From the NCBI GenBank assembly GCA_041165565.1, contig JBEANJ010000004.1:1-44861 (forward strand): a stretch of 44,861 nucleotides of DNA, in the 5' to 3' direction. The first letter of the stretch is position 1; every line of letters begins with the position of its first letter. Shown one piece after another: positions 15,508 through 23,992 of this stretch. The position numbers and the translations under genes are program-made. This DNA comes from Actinomycetota bacterium (lineage in GTDB: Bacteria; Actinomycetota; Actinomycetes; Nanopelagicales; Nanopelagicaceae). A model generated the notes under the pieces. The model searched no databases, was not told the origin of the DNA, and saw nothing but the letters and a program-made list of their open reading frames with translations.

Positions 15508-17074
15508 GAAATCGCGACCAATTACTATGGCAATCGTCGCGATGGGTGGAGAAGGCGGCGGAGTTCTTGCAGATTGGGCAGTCGACTTAGCTGAAAAGCA
15601 GGGATACTGGGCACAAGCTACTTCAGTTCCAGGTGTAGCTCAGCGAACTGGCTCCACAATTTATTACCTAGAGTTTATGGAGAATGATGGTTCAGGTAGA
15701 GAACCAATTCTCTCAACCATGCCAACTCCTGGTGAGGTTGACATTGTTCTCGCCTCAGAATTAATGGAGGCCGGTCGCGCAGTTTTTCGTGGTCTAGTTA
15801 CTCCTGAAGCAACAACCTTAATTACTTCAACTAACCGGATGTACTCCATGCAAGAAAAGACTGCAATGGGTGATGGTCGAATCTCTTCTGAAGAAATATT
15901 GGAATCGTGCGAAGCTGCGAGCAGAAGGTTTATCGGTGAAGATTTTGCAAAGATTGCTGAAGAATCTGGAACCGTAATCTCTGCCTCTTTATTTGGAGCG
16001 CTAGCAAGTTCGGGTGCGCTTCCTTGGTCAAAAGAGGATTTCATCGCGGCGGTAGAGCGAAGTGGCGTCGGAGTTGCTGCATCACTAAAAGCATTTGAGC
16101 GCTCTTTCGAGATTGCAAAAGCGCCCAAGAGAACTAAAACAGCTCCTGTTTCAATCGAAATCGGTAAGCGTCCAGAAGAGCCTCGTCCATCTGGCCTCTC
16201 GCCGCAAGAAGAGTTAGCGCTGATAAGCGATCCCGCTTCTGGCGTAGGTCCAGCGCTACAAGACCTCGCTCAAAGAATTAAATCCGAATTTCCTGAACCA
16301 GTCCGAGTTATGTTGATTCACGGAATCAAGCGTTGCGCCGAATATCAAGATGTCAAATATGCATCGCAATATCTAGATCGATTAGTTCGGATAAAGGATC
16401 AAGATGAGAAGTTCGGTGATGGCAGGTACCAATTACTGTCCGAAGTTGCTCGGTATACCGCGCTCTGGATGACATACGAGGACACCATCCGAGTCGCAGA
16501 TCTCAAAGCGCGACGACGAAGATTTGATCGAGTTAAAAAAGAGGCGAAAGTAAATGAAAATCAGATTACGCAAGTTAGAGAATTTTTCCATCCCGGAGTT
16601 GAGGAAATCACCGATACTCTTCCCGGGCCGCTTGGTCGCGCAATTCTGAAATCACAATTTGCAACAAAAATTATTGAACGTGTGACAAAGGACGGATTAA
16701 GGCTGCACACAACATCTCTTCATGGTTACATCTTGTTATACACCTTGTCGAGACTTCGCCCGCTAAGACGGCGCTCTCTCAGGTTCTCACTGGAACAGAA
16801 TCGGATTGATGCCTGGCTCGATCAGATTTTTGAAACTGTAAGTGAGAACTACAGCCTTGCTGTGGAAATCGCAGAAACCGCGAATGTAATTAAGGGATAT
16901 GGCGATACCCATCGAAATGGGCTAAATAATTTCAACGCAATAATGAGGGAAGTAAATCTCTTGCGGGCAAAGAAAGATCCGGACGCCGCCTCACAGGTAG
17001 CAAACCTAAGAAAAGCAGCTCTTGCCGATGAGAGCGGCACAAAACTACGTTCCTTACTCTCAACTTCTGCTTGA
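15500..17074 (+). CDS. iorB: Indolepyruvate:ferredoxin oxidoreductase beta subunit with a long C-terminal extension
   Basis: The ATG at 15500 overlaps the iorA stop (ATGCCTGA). The N-terminus reads ITMAIVAMGGEGGGVLADW...VPGVAQRTGST. About 300 further residues follow the core gamma-like domain. Confidence 0.8.
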   Translation: MPEKSRPITMAIVAMGGEGGGVLADWAVDLAEKQGYWAQATSVPGVAQRTGSTIYYLEFMENDGSGREPILSTMPTPGEVDIVLASELMEAGRAVFRGLVTPEATTLITSTNRMYSMQEKTAMGDGRISSEEILESCEAASRRFIGEDFAKIAEESGTVISASLFGALASSGALPWSKEDFIAAVERSGVGVAASLKAFERSFEIAKAPKRTKTAPVSIEIGKRPEEPRPSGLSPQEELALISDPASGVGPALQDLAQRIKSEFPEPVRVMLIHGIKRCAEYQDVKYASQYLDRLVRIKDQDEKFGDGRYQLLSEVARYTALWMTYEDTIRVADLKARRRRFDRVKKEAKVNENQITQVREFFHPGVEEITDTLPGPLGRAILKSQFATKIIERVTKDGLRLHTTSLHGYILLYTLSRLRPLRRRSLRFSLEQNRIDAWLDQIFETVSENYSLAVEIAETANVIKGYGDTHRNGLNNFNAIMREVNLLRAKKDPDAASQVANLRKAALADESGTKLRSLLSTSA

Positions 17075-18109
17075 TTTTGAGCGATTCAGTTTGGGAACTC
17101 TGAATTCTCGTCCACCAGTAAGGCCAGCAAATCTCCAAAGCAAAATTCCAACGAGGCTACCGGCAATAATCAATGAGCGCGCTCCATTCGGGAGATCAAA
17201 TTGAATTCCTAGAACTGATTTACCCTGCTCCCAAAGGAGAAGTATTTGGCCAACTGCTGTAACTACGAGGGTTCCTACGACTGCGCCCCAGAGACTTGCT
17301 GATCCCCCGATGACAAGCATCGCAAGAGTTATAAAAGTGAAGACAAGGTAATAGTCCTGGACCTGCCAGGTTCCCGCAACATGAACATACATAGCGCCGG
17401 ATAAGCCAGCCAGCGCTCCGGAAATAGTAAACGCAATCCAGCGAACTTTCTGGATGCTTACCCCAAGTGCTGGAGCTGCGAGAAGATCTTCGCGACTCGC
17501 CCGTAAACTGCGAGCTGTCGGAGAAATGTTGAAAAAATAAACAATAACAATCGCCAATAACGCCAACACAAGTGGCTCGTAGATTCCAGAGAACTTTGGA
17601 ACCGCAGGTAGAGCCTGTGAACCTGGGCCAAGTGTGATGTTGTTAAAAAAGAAGTTGTAAAAGAATCCCAGTAGGGCAAAAGTTGCAATACCGGCTGCGA
17701 GTCCATTTAATCGCATCAAGAATGCTCCAGTGATTGCTGCAATTAGGGCGCCAATTAAGGCGCCAGCAAAAATCGAGACGTATAGATTTAATTTGAAACC
17801 AACAAGTGGCTCCCATAAATCTTGTAGAGCAAGCGCGTTTGCTTTAACTCTTTCACTTGCGGTGCTCATGCCAGATATCCATGCACCAGCCATGGCGAAG
17901 GCTCCATGGCCAAAAGAGAGAACTCCGGAATTACCAACAAATATTTGTAGCGCTAGAACCATGACCATGTTGCAGAGTGCAAATTGAACTGCTAACTGCA
18001 AGCTTGCCGAAATAGCGCCCACCCCGATAGAAAGTATTACCACGGTAATTAGTGGTCCCAGAATTTCCTCGCTCTTGAATCGAGTAAGTCCCTTCAACTT
18101 TTGGCTCAT
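17060..18109 (-). CDS. livM: Branched-chain/hydrophobic amino-acid-type ABC transporter permease (LivM-like)
   Basis: 349 aa and polytopic. It has the LivM-type motif pattern SFGHGAFAMAGAW. Its start overlaps the livH stop. Confidence 0.85.
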   Translation of the reverse strand: MSQKLKGLTRFKSEEILGPLITVVILSIGVGAISASLQLAVQFALCNMVMVLALQIFVGNSGVLSFGHGAFAMAGAWISGMSTASERVKANALALQDLWEPLVGFKLNLYVSIFAGALIGALIAAITGAFLMRLNGLAAGIATFALLGFFYNFFFNNITLGPGSQALPAVPKFSGIYEPLVLALLAIVIVYFFNISPTARSLRASREDLLAAPALGVSIQKVRWIAFTISGALAGLSGAMYVHVAGTWQVQDYYLVFTFITLAMLVIGGSASLWGAVVGTLVVTAVGQILLLWEQGKSVLGIQFDLPNGARSLIIAGSLVGILLWRFAGLTGGREFRVPKLNRSKSSRS

Positions 18110-18978
18110 CAGACTCGCTCCATTTCATTACGCTTCGAGAGAAGTCCACCTGGTCTAACTAAAAGAATAATTACGACTGCTAGGAATAAGTACGAATAGG
18201 CATATACGCGAGCATTGCCAAGGAAAGTATTAAGAATGCTAAGAATGAAGCCAACGATAAATCCTCCGAGGGCGGCTCCGCGAAGTGACGAAATTCCACC
18301 AATCACAATTCCAACAAGTGCCAAGATAGTTATGTTCAAACCAAACATAGGATCGACTTGTGGATTCTCTACAACCAGAATGAATCCTACAAATGCCGCC
18401 AAGATGCCAGATATAGCGAATGCCGAACCTATTAATCGATTAGAACGTACCCCCAATAGTCGAGAGGTTTTGAAATCTGTTGCTGCCGCACGAAGTTGCA
18501 AGCCAAGATTGGTTCTCTCTACAAGAAATCCCATAGCTAGAAGTATCGATACAGTCAGACCAACTGTGACGATACTTGAAACAGTTATATTCAACCCAGC
18601 AATTTGCGAGGACCCAGTCATCCATGGTGCAACTGCAGCCGATCTTGGAAGTGCTCCAAAAATTAATTCAAATGATTTTTGTAATCCCACTGAGAGACCA
18701 AAAGATGCAATCAGCATAATGGCCGGGCCAGTCCCACGTAACCTTCGATATATAGTCAATTCAGTAAGTATTGCAAGTAGCGCCGCAGTCAGAGCGGCGA
18801 TACCGAACGAGACAATCAGCGGTAAATCGTTAGTTACTACGATGACATAGGCGGAAATCGTAATTAATTCAGCATGCGCAAAATTAACAAGACGCATGAC
18901 GCCGAACACGAGCCCTAAGCCAAGGGCGGCTAATGCATATGTGCCGCCAAGTGATATCGCATCAAGAAATGGCTGCAT
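18109..18978 (-). CDS. livH: ABC transporter permease (LivH-like)
   Basis: 289 aa, with GGTYALAALGLGLVFGVMRLVNFAHAE and the C-terminal LLVRPGGLL. Confidence 0.85.
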   Translation of the reverse strand: MQPFLDAISLGGTYALAALGLGLVFGVMRLVNFAHAELITISAYVIVVTNDLPLIVSFGIAALTAALLAILTELTIYRRLRGTGPAIMLIASFGLSVGLQKSFELIFGALPRSAAVAPWMTGSSQIAGLNITVSSIVTVGLTVSILLAMGFLVERTNLGLQLRAAATDFKTSRLLGVRSNRLIGSAFAISGILAAFVGFILVVENPQVDPMFGLNITILALVGIVIGGISSLRGAALGGFIVGFILSILNTFLGNARVYAYSYLFLAVVIILLVRPGGLLSKRNEMERV

Positions 18979-19691
18979 TAATTCGCTCCAAAATAGGCAC
19001 GGCGCAAGCCTTCTTCATCTTTTGCAGATTCAGGTGTCAGGCTGGCTTGAATTTTCCCAGCTCGCAGAATTAAGGTCTTATTGGCAAATGCTGTTACAAG
19101 ATGTGCTCGCTGCTCCACAATTATTACTGAAGTTCCCAGAGCTGTAATCTCTTTTAATTTAGAGAAAACGTCAGCAATAACCGTTGGCGCAAGGCCAAGT
19201 GAAGGTTCATCGAGTAGTAAAACTTTCGGATCAGCAACGAGCGCTCGAGCAATCGCTAGTTGTTGCTGTTGGCCACCAGAGAGCATGCCCGCCTGATAGT
19301 CGGCATGAGTGTTGAGAACGGGAAAGAGAGATTTAACTTGTTCAACTGCTGCTTTCGCAGATGACTTATCACGCCTTCCAGTCAATCCCAGTAATAGATT
19401 TTCCGTAACAGTAAGTCCGCTGAAAATTTGTCGACCTTCTGGAACTAGCGACAACCCTAGTCTCACAATATCTTCAGGTTTCTTACCGGTAATTGATGCG
19501 CCTTGTAAATTTACGTTACCTAATTTGGTATTTATTTCACCAGCAATAGTTTTAAGTAAAGTTGATTTTCCTGCGCCGTTTGGACCAACAATTCCAAGAG
19601 ATTCTCCAGGTTCCAAAGTAAATGAAATTCCAAAGAGAACGTCGACCTTTCCGTATCCAGACTGGAGATCGCTGACATCCAAAATTGCCAT
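18978..19691 (-). CDS. livF: ABC transporter ATP-binding protein (LivF-like)
   Basis: Walker A is GPNGAGKST, the signature is LSGGQQQ and Walker B is LLLDEPS. The C-terminal YFG pattern is present. Confidence 0.9.
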   Translation of the reverse strand: MAILDVSDLQSGYGKVDVLFGISFTLEPGESLGIVGPNGAGKSTLLKTIAGEINTKLGNVNLQGASITGKKPEDIVRLGLSLVPEGRQIFSGLTVTENLLLGLTGRRDKSSAKAAVEQVKSLFPVLNTHADYQAGMLSGGQQQQLAIARALVADPKVLLLDEPSLGLAPTVIADVFSKLKEITALGTSVIIVEQRAHLVTAFANKTLILRAGKIQASLTPESAKDEEGLRRAYFGAN

Positions 19692-20431
19692 TAACTGACC
19701 TTTCCAAATGTAGCGTCGCCCAGATATGCACTCTTTACTTCTGGATCAGTGAGAGCTTCCGTTGGAGTTCCATTAAAAATAATTACGCCTGTTGCTAAAA
19801 CAATAACACGATCACAAGCTTCGGCAACTAGTCCTACATTGTGATCGACTAAAAACATTCCGCATCCAATGTTGTTTCGAATCGTTGCTAACGCCTCAAG
19901 AACACCTGGAACTTCACTTTCATTTAAACCTGCTGCCGGCTCGTCCATGATTAGATACTTGGGTTGAGAGGCGACCGCACGAGCTAGGCCAACTAAGCGT
20001 GCATTTCCATGGCTAAGACTGCCCGCAGGCTGTGTGGTTAGTTTTCCTAAACCTAAGATTTCAATGATTGAACTCGCGCGCTCTTCTGCCACTTTGTGCG
20101 ATTCACCGATTCCAAGAGCTCCGAGAGCAATATTTTCAGCAACCGTTAAAGAATTAAAAAGTCTTCCTGATTGAAAAGTGCGAGCAATTCCGGCTCGAGC
20201 ACGTTTATCTGGAGATAGGTTATCTAGCGGAACGCCATCTATTGTGACCGTTCCTCCATCTTGTCTTTCATATCCAGCGACAATATTTATCAAAGTGGTT
20301 TTACCTGCACCATTAGGTCCAAGTAATCCCACAGTTTCTCGAGGTTTGATGCTTAAAGAGACATTATCTAGAACTTGGAGCGCGCCGAATGCCTTACTAA
20401 TCTCACGGGCGCTAAAACCCTGATTGAGCAT
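19691..20431 (-). CDS. livG: ABC transporter ATP-binding protein (LivG-like)
   Basis: Walker A is GPNGAGKTT, the signature is LSHGNARL and Walker B is LIMDEPAAGL. Confidence 0.9.
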   Translation of the reverse strand: MLNQGFSAREISKAFGALQVLDNVSLSIKPRETVGLLGPNGAGKTTLINIVAGYERQDGGTVTIDGVPLDNLSPDKRARAGIARTFQSGRLFNSLTVAENIALGALGIGESHKVAEERASSIIEILGLGKLTTQPAGSLSHGNARLVGLARAVASQPKYLIMDEPAAGLNESEVPGVLEALATIRNNIGCGMFLVDHNVGLVAEACDRVIVLATGVIIFNGTPTEALTDPEVKSAYLGDATFGKVS

Positions 20432-20520
20432 TTAAGTCATTCCCCATCTGTTTGCAATTCATCGAAAGTTCTCATTTATATCTTCGTGAATGAAGTATAA
20501 AGAACGGGGCGCACCGCTTA

Positions 20521-20557
20521 TTGGCGGGCGCCCCGTTCATCACTAACCGTGATTATT
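20521..20557 (-). terminator. Strong GC-rich intercistronic hairpin, an attenuator/partial terminator between the binding-protein gene and the membrane/ATPase genes
   Basis: Perfect 11-bp arms, GAACGGGGCGC...GCGCCCCGTTC, plus an inner CCGC/GCGG pair. On the minus strand it is followed by TTTATACTT. It sits in the 131-bp gap after the SBP stop. Confidence 0.6.
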
Positions 20558-20562
20558 TACCC

Positions 20563-21768
20563 TTATAGAACTGGCTTTTCAGCAGCTCGGTACTCCACGA
20601 ATTGGTGCTTGCCACCATTGACGGTAATGACTGCCATTGGTCGCTTCACATTCACGTGAAGATCAGGAGTAAATGATGTAGGACCTGCGGTTAGGTCCTC
20701 GTTATCGAACTTGTTGAACTCTGCTGCTAGCGCTGCGCCATCAAATGACTTAGCACGTTCTGCAGCAAGTTTGAAAGCTTCGATTGTTGATGCACCGGTA
20801 ATTAGACCACCGGTTGCAGCATCCTGACCCGTCTTCTCTTTGAAAGCAGCAAGCAGGCTTACTACCTTCTCATTTGGATCATCGCCGAATACTGATGCAT
20901 ATGTAACGGTGTAGAAGTTGCTTAGGTTTGGAACTGCGCCAAGCCAGAAAGCACCATCCATTCCGAATCCGGAAATTACCGGAGTCTCCACGCCAGCATT
21001 ACGAATAGCTGCCAGCGCTTGAGCGCCACCACCAGGATATGAGCAGAGGGCAATAACGTCCGCGCCATCCTTCTTGGCATTAGCAACTTGTGCCGTTACT
21101 GGCTTATCAAGTGCTCCAGCTTGAGTTTGCGTGAACTGTTGAACGGACTTAATGGTTCCGCCAAGTTCTGTGTAGCGGGTTTCGAAAGCATCGCACTGTG
21201 AAGTTGTGTATGCGATGGACATATCTTTGAACAAAGTTGCAGTCTTGCCGAGAGCTTCGAATGCATACTCAGCCATGATTGCAGCTTCGCCTGGCACTGC
21301 AGATCCCATTGAGTAACCGAGATCTAGTCCATTATCTGGGCCCATTGCAGTTGAACCAACGCATGGAGCAACAACTAGTACGCCGGCATCATTTGCAACC
21401 TGCGATGACTTCGCATTGATGTCATAGTCGCAAGTAACTAATAGCAACTTGGCACCTTTAGCAATCAAGTCAGTTGCGATTTGCTGTCCCTTGTCAGGAT
21501 TTGTTTCAGTGTCAACTGCTTCAAGGACAACCTGGCAACCATTGATGCCACCTTCGGCATTGATCTTATCTACGGCAATTTGTGCGGTAGTTAGAGCCGG
21601 TGCATCAAATGGCGACATAAATCCTGTCTGTGCCATCGCTGCGCCAATTAAAATCGGCTCTGTACAGTCGATTGCTTCTTCGCTGCTATTAGATGAGCAA
21701 CCAGTAAGACCTGCGAGTACAAGTAATAACGCAGAGATCTTGATTGCGAATCTCTTACTCTCTTTCAT
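20563..21768 (-). CDS. ABC transporter substrate-binding lipoprotein, LivJ/LivK (type I periplasmic binding protein) family
   Basis: There is a signal peptide with the lipobox LAGLTGC. The fold pattern is ILIGAAMAQTGFMSPF...DKINAEGGING. Confidence 0.9.
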   Translation of the reverse strand: MKESKRFAIKISALLLVLAGLTGCSSNSSEEAIDCTEPILIGAAMAQTGFMSPFDAPALTTAQIAVDKINAEGGINGCQVVLEAVDTETNPDKGQQIATDLIAKGAKLLLVTCDYDINAKSSQVANDAGVLVVAPCVGSTAMGPDNGLDLGYSMGSAVPGEAAIMAEYAFEALGKTATLFKDMSIAYTTSQCDAFETRYTELGGTIKSVQQFTQTQAGALDKPVTAQVANAKKDGADVIALCSYPGGGAQALAAIRNAGVETPVISGFGMDGAFWLGAVPNLSNFYTVTYASVFGDDPNEKVVSLLAAFKEKTGQDAATGGLITGASTIEAFKLAAERAKSFDGAALAAEFNKFDNEDLTAGPTSFTPDLHVNVKRPMAVITVNGGKHQFVEYRAAEKPVL

Positions 21769-21808
21769 CTACTCTCCTTCGAGTTAGTTGAACGCACAAA
21801 TAAGCGCG

Positions 21809-21834
21809 CTCCGTACGGACCGCTACGGAGTTTT
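21809..21834 (+). other. Orphan stem-loop with a T-tract in the divergent SBP/TDO control region
   Basis: CTCCGTA-N8-TACGGAG followed by TTTT on the plus strand, about 50 nt upstream of the 21882 ATG. Confidence 0.35.
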
Positions 21835-21881
21835 GGCTCCAGGCGGATGCCTTATCTTCGCTCCTGAGCGCCATCAGGTCA

Positions 21882-22667
21882 ATGTTGCCTGGAGGTGATT
21901 CTTTAGAGGATTCTGCTTGGGCTCTAGGTAGCAGCAAAGCGTTGAAGTATTCTGACGCTATGTCATACGGCGCAGATCAAATACTGACGGGTAAGGGCAA
22001 TAGCGATTACGAGCGATATATAAGAACAGTTGATTTACTCAAGCTGCAACCAGAGCCCGAGAGCTGGAAGCATAGGGACGAACTTTTGTTCACGATTGTT
22101 CATCAATCTTCCGAACTTTGGTTGAAATTAGCCGTTGCAGAATGTGATGAAATTGTTATCAAACTAAAGGCCGGAGAGCTTTTAGGAGCGCTCCGATTGT
22201 TGCCGCGCATCCCGCTCTGCATAACAAATGCAACTATTGCTTTGGATATGTTGGAGCAGATGTCGCCCTGGGATTATCAACAAGTTCGTAGGGCGCTCGG
22301 CCATGGATCAGGATTTGACTCGCCAGGTTTTAACGCAATCCGTAGAGCAATTCCTAAATTAGGAGTCGAATTTTTTAGGATTCTCAGCGAAGCGAAACTT
22401 ACGTTGCTTCAAATGTATGTAAATCATGAGAAGCACGATGAAATCTATCGACTCGCAGAAGCGCTCGTTGAAATAGATGAGCGGCTAATTACTTGGAGGG
22501 CTCGACATTTCAAGGTGGTCGAGCGCTCTATCGGTCTTCATGTATCGGGAACCCAAGGCACACCTGTTGAAGTTATAGGAAAGTTAAGAGATAAAACATT
22601 CTTCCCGGAGCTTTGGGATGTTCGAACTGAGATTACAAACTACGCTCTCTCGGAAGAGAACAAGTAA
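21882..22667 (+). CDS. kynA: Tryptophan 2,3-dioxygenase
   Basis: Motifs are DYERYIRTVDLLKLQ, HRDELLFTIVHQSSELWLKL and ITWRARHFKVVERSIG...GTQGT. The start is uncertain, with ATG 21882 and ATG 21960 both possible. Confidence 0.85.
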   Translation: MLPGGDSLEDSAWALGSSKALKYSDAMSYGADQILTGKGNSDYERYIRTVDLLKLQPEPESWKHRDELLFTIVHQSSELWLKLAVAECDEIVIKLKAGELLGALRLLPRIPLCITNATIALDMLEQMSPWDYQQVRRALGHGSGFDSPGFNAIRRAIPKLGVEFFRILSEAKLTLLQMYVNHEKHDEIYRLAEALVEIDERLITWRARHFKVVERSIGLHVSGTQGTPVEVIGKLRDKTFFPELWDVRTEITNYALSEENK

Positions 22668-22670
22668 CTC

Positions 22671-23099
22671 TTAAGCTAGCGCGGCATCCAGCGTAATTAC
22701 GGCGCTTGAAAAAAGTTTCGAGACTGGGCAAGTCTTCTTAGCTCTCTCGGCATAGGAAACAAACTCATCATTAGAACAAGACTGGTTTTTGCCTCGCGCA
22801 ACTAAATGGACTTCGGTTATATAAAAGCCATCGCTTTTCTGTTCTAAAGTAACTTTGGCTGAAGTTTCAATCGACCCAACATTTAAGCCTGCATCTTCCA
22901 AAATGCTGGTGAGCGCCATCGAAAAACAACCAGCATGGGCTGCGCCCAACATCTCTTCCGGATTTGTACCGGCATTTTCTTCGGTGCGAGACTTTAGGGA
23001 GAACGGAATTGTGGTTCCATTTCGGCCAAGCGTCATCGATCCAGTTCCTGTGGGTACCGGTCCGTTCCAAATCGCGCTAGCGTAGCGAAGTATCTTCAT
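22671..23099 (-). CDS. osmC: OsmC-family peroxiredoxin / organic hydroperoxide reductase-like protein
   Basis: 142 aa, with NPEEMLGAAHAGCFSMAL and KKTCPVSK (the two conserved Cys). Confidence 0.85.
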   Translation of the reverse strand: MKILRYASAIWNGPVPTGTGSMTLGRNGTTIPFSLKSRTEENAGTNPEEMLGAAHAGCFSMALTSILEDAGLNVGSIETSAKVTLEQKSDGFYITEVHLVARGKNQSCSNDEFVSYAERAKKTCPVSKLFSSAVITLDAALA

Positions 23100-23106
23100 A
23101 TGCCGA

Positions 23107-23118
23107 CCTTTCGAAAGG
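23107..23118. promoter_or_regulatory. Perfect 12-bp palindrome that supplies the Shine-Dalgarno sequence for both divergent genes
   Basis: CCTTTCGAAAGG lies in the 26-bp spacer. It reads AAAGGAG 7 nt before the bicupin ATG (23126) and GAAAGG 7 nt before the osmC ATG (23099). Confidence 0.5.
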
Positions 23119-23125
23119 AGCTCTC

Positions 23126-23887
23126 ATGGAGCCTGGAGTTGTTTATACCTCCCAAACCTTAGCAAAGGATCGAATCAAGCGTCGCGGTGACGCAACTTGT
23201 TACGAAATCGTCAAAACAGATTTTTATGTAGAAGCTATTAGCGCAATTGACTTACACCTTTCAGGAAGTACGCCGTCTGTCAAGGCTGATAAATCTGATG
23301 TACTTATCTTTGTTAGAGAAGGAAACGGAGTACTTCAAACTGGTAGTGAAATAATCGAACTCTCCAGAGGCACGGCTGTACAAATAAAAAGTGGTGAGAG
23401 TTTTCAATACGAAAATGGAGATAATCTAAAACTGATTGAGGTATACATACCAGATGCAAGTGGGCCATTCGGAAAAAGATTAACTTCACCGACTTCTGGA
23501 TTTGTTCGCTCGGTTCAGCAGGGAATTTCTTCAAAAGGCAGCGCTACCGGCAATCGAGAATTCGAAGTTTTATTTGACGCTGAAAGAGGTTGTGCCAGCG
23601 CAACAATGTTTGTTGGATTTATTCCCACTTCAGGAGCGCCCGCTCACTTTCATCTTTATGATGAAATCTGCCAAATAATTTCAGGTCAAGGACAACTGGA
23701 AACTTATGGCAAAGTACAAGACTTAATTCCCGGCTCTACTTTTGCTGTAGTGCCTCGAATGTTGCATTCCCTTATAAACAATCGTGATGAAGATCTTTGG
23801 GTGCTCGGAGTATTTCGCCCCCAGGGCTCCCCAGCCGCCGCCTATTACCCCGATGGCAGGCCTGCCCCCGGCTATACCGAGGCATAG
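23126..23887 (+). CDS. Bicupin protein. The C-terminal cupin has a metal site and the N-terminal cupin is degenerate. The substrate is unknown.
   Basis: 253 aa. The C-terminal module reads GAPAHFHLYDE...RMLHSL (HxH...E...H). The N-terminal module lacks the His ligands. Confidence 0.65.
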   Translation: MEPGVVYTSQTLAKDRIKRRGDATCYEIVKTDFYVEAISAIDLHLSGSTPSVKADKSDVLIFVREGNGVLQTGSEIIELSRGTAVQIKSGESFQYENGDNLKLIEVYIPDASGPFGKRLTSPTSGFVRSVQQGISSKGSATGNREFEVLFDAERGCASATMFVGFIPTSGAPAHFHLYDEICQIISGQGQLETYGKVQDLIPGSTFAVVPRMLHSLINNRDEDLWVLGVFRPQGSPAAAYYPDGRPAPGYTEA

Positions 23888-23956
23888 CGCGCGCCCAGGC
23901 TTCGCTCGTATTGCTGCTTAATCAATCACATTGCTTCCCAGGCTCATTTACGGCAC

Positions 23957-23962
23957 GATAAT
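23957..23962 (+). promoter_or_regulatory. Candidate -10 element for the second ABC operon
   Basis: GATAAT lies about 30 nt upstream of the GTG at 23993, and the RBS GAAAGGA is downstream of it. This is weak, by-eye evidence only. Confidence 0.25.
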
Positions 23963-23992
23963 CCACAATCCCTACACGAAAGGAACTTCTAC

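Noticed and set aside
21848-21868. A six-codon mini-ORF (MPYLRS) upstream of kynA as a Trp-sensing leader peptide
   Set aside because: It contains no Trp codons and has no associated alternative-structure pair, so it is most likely fortuitous.
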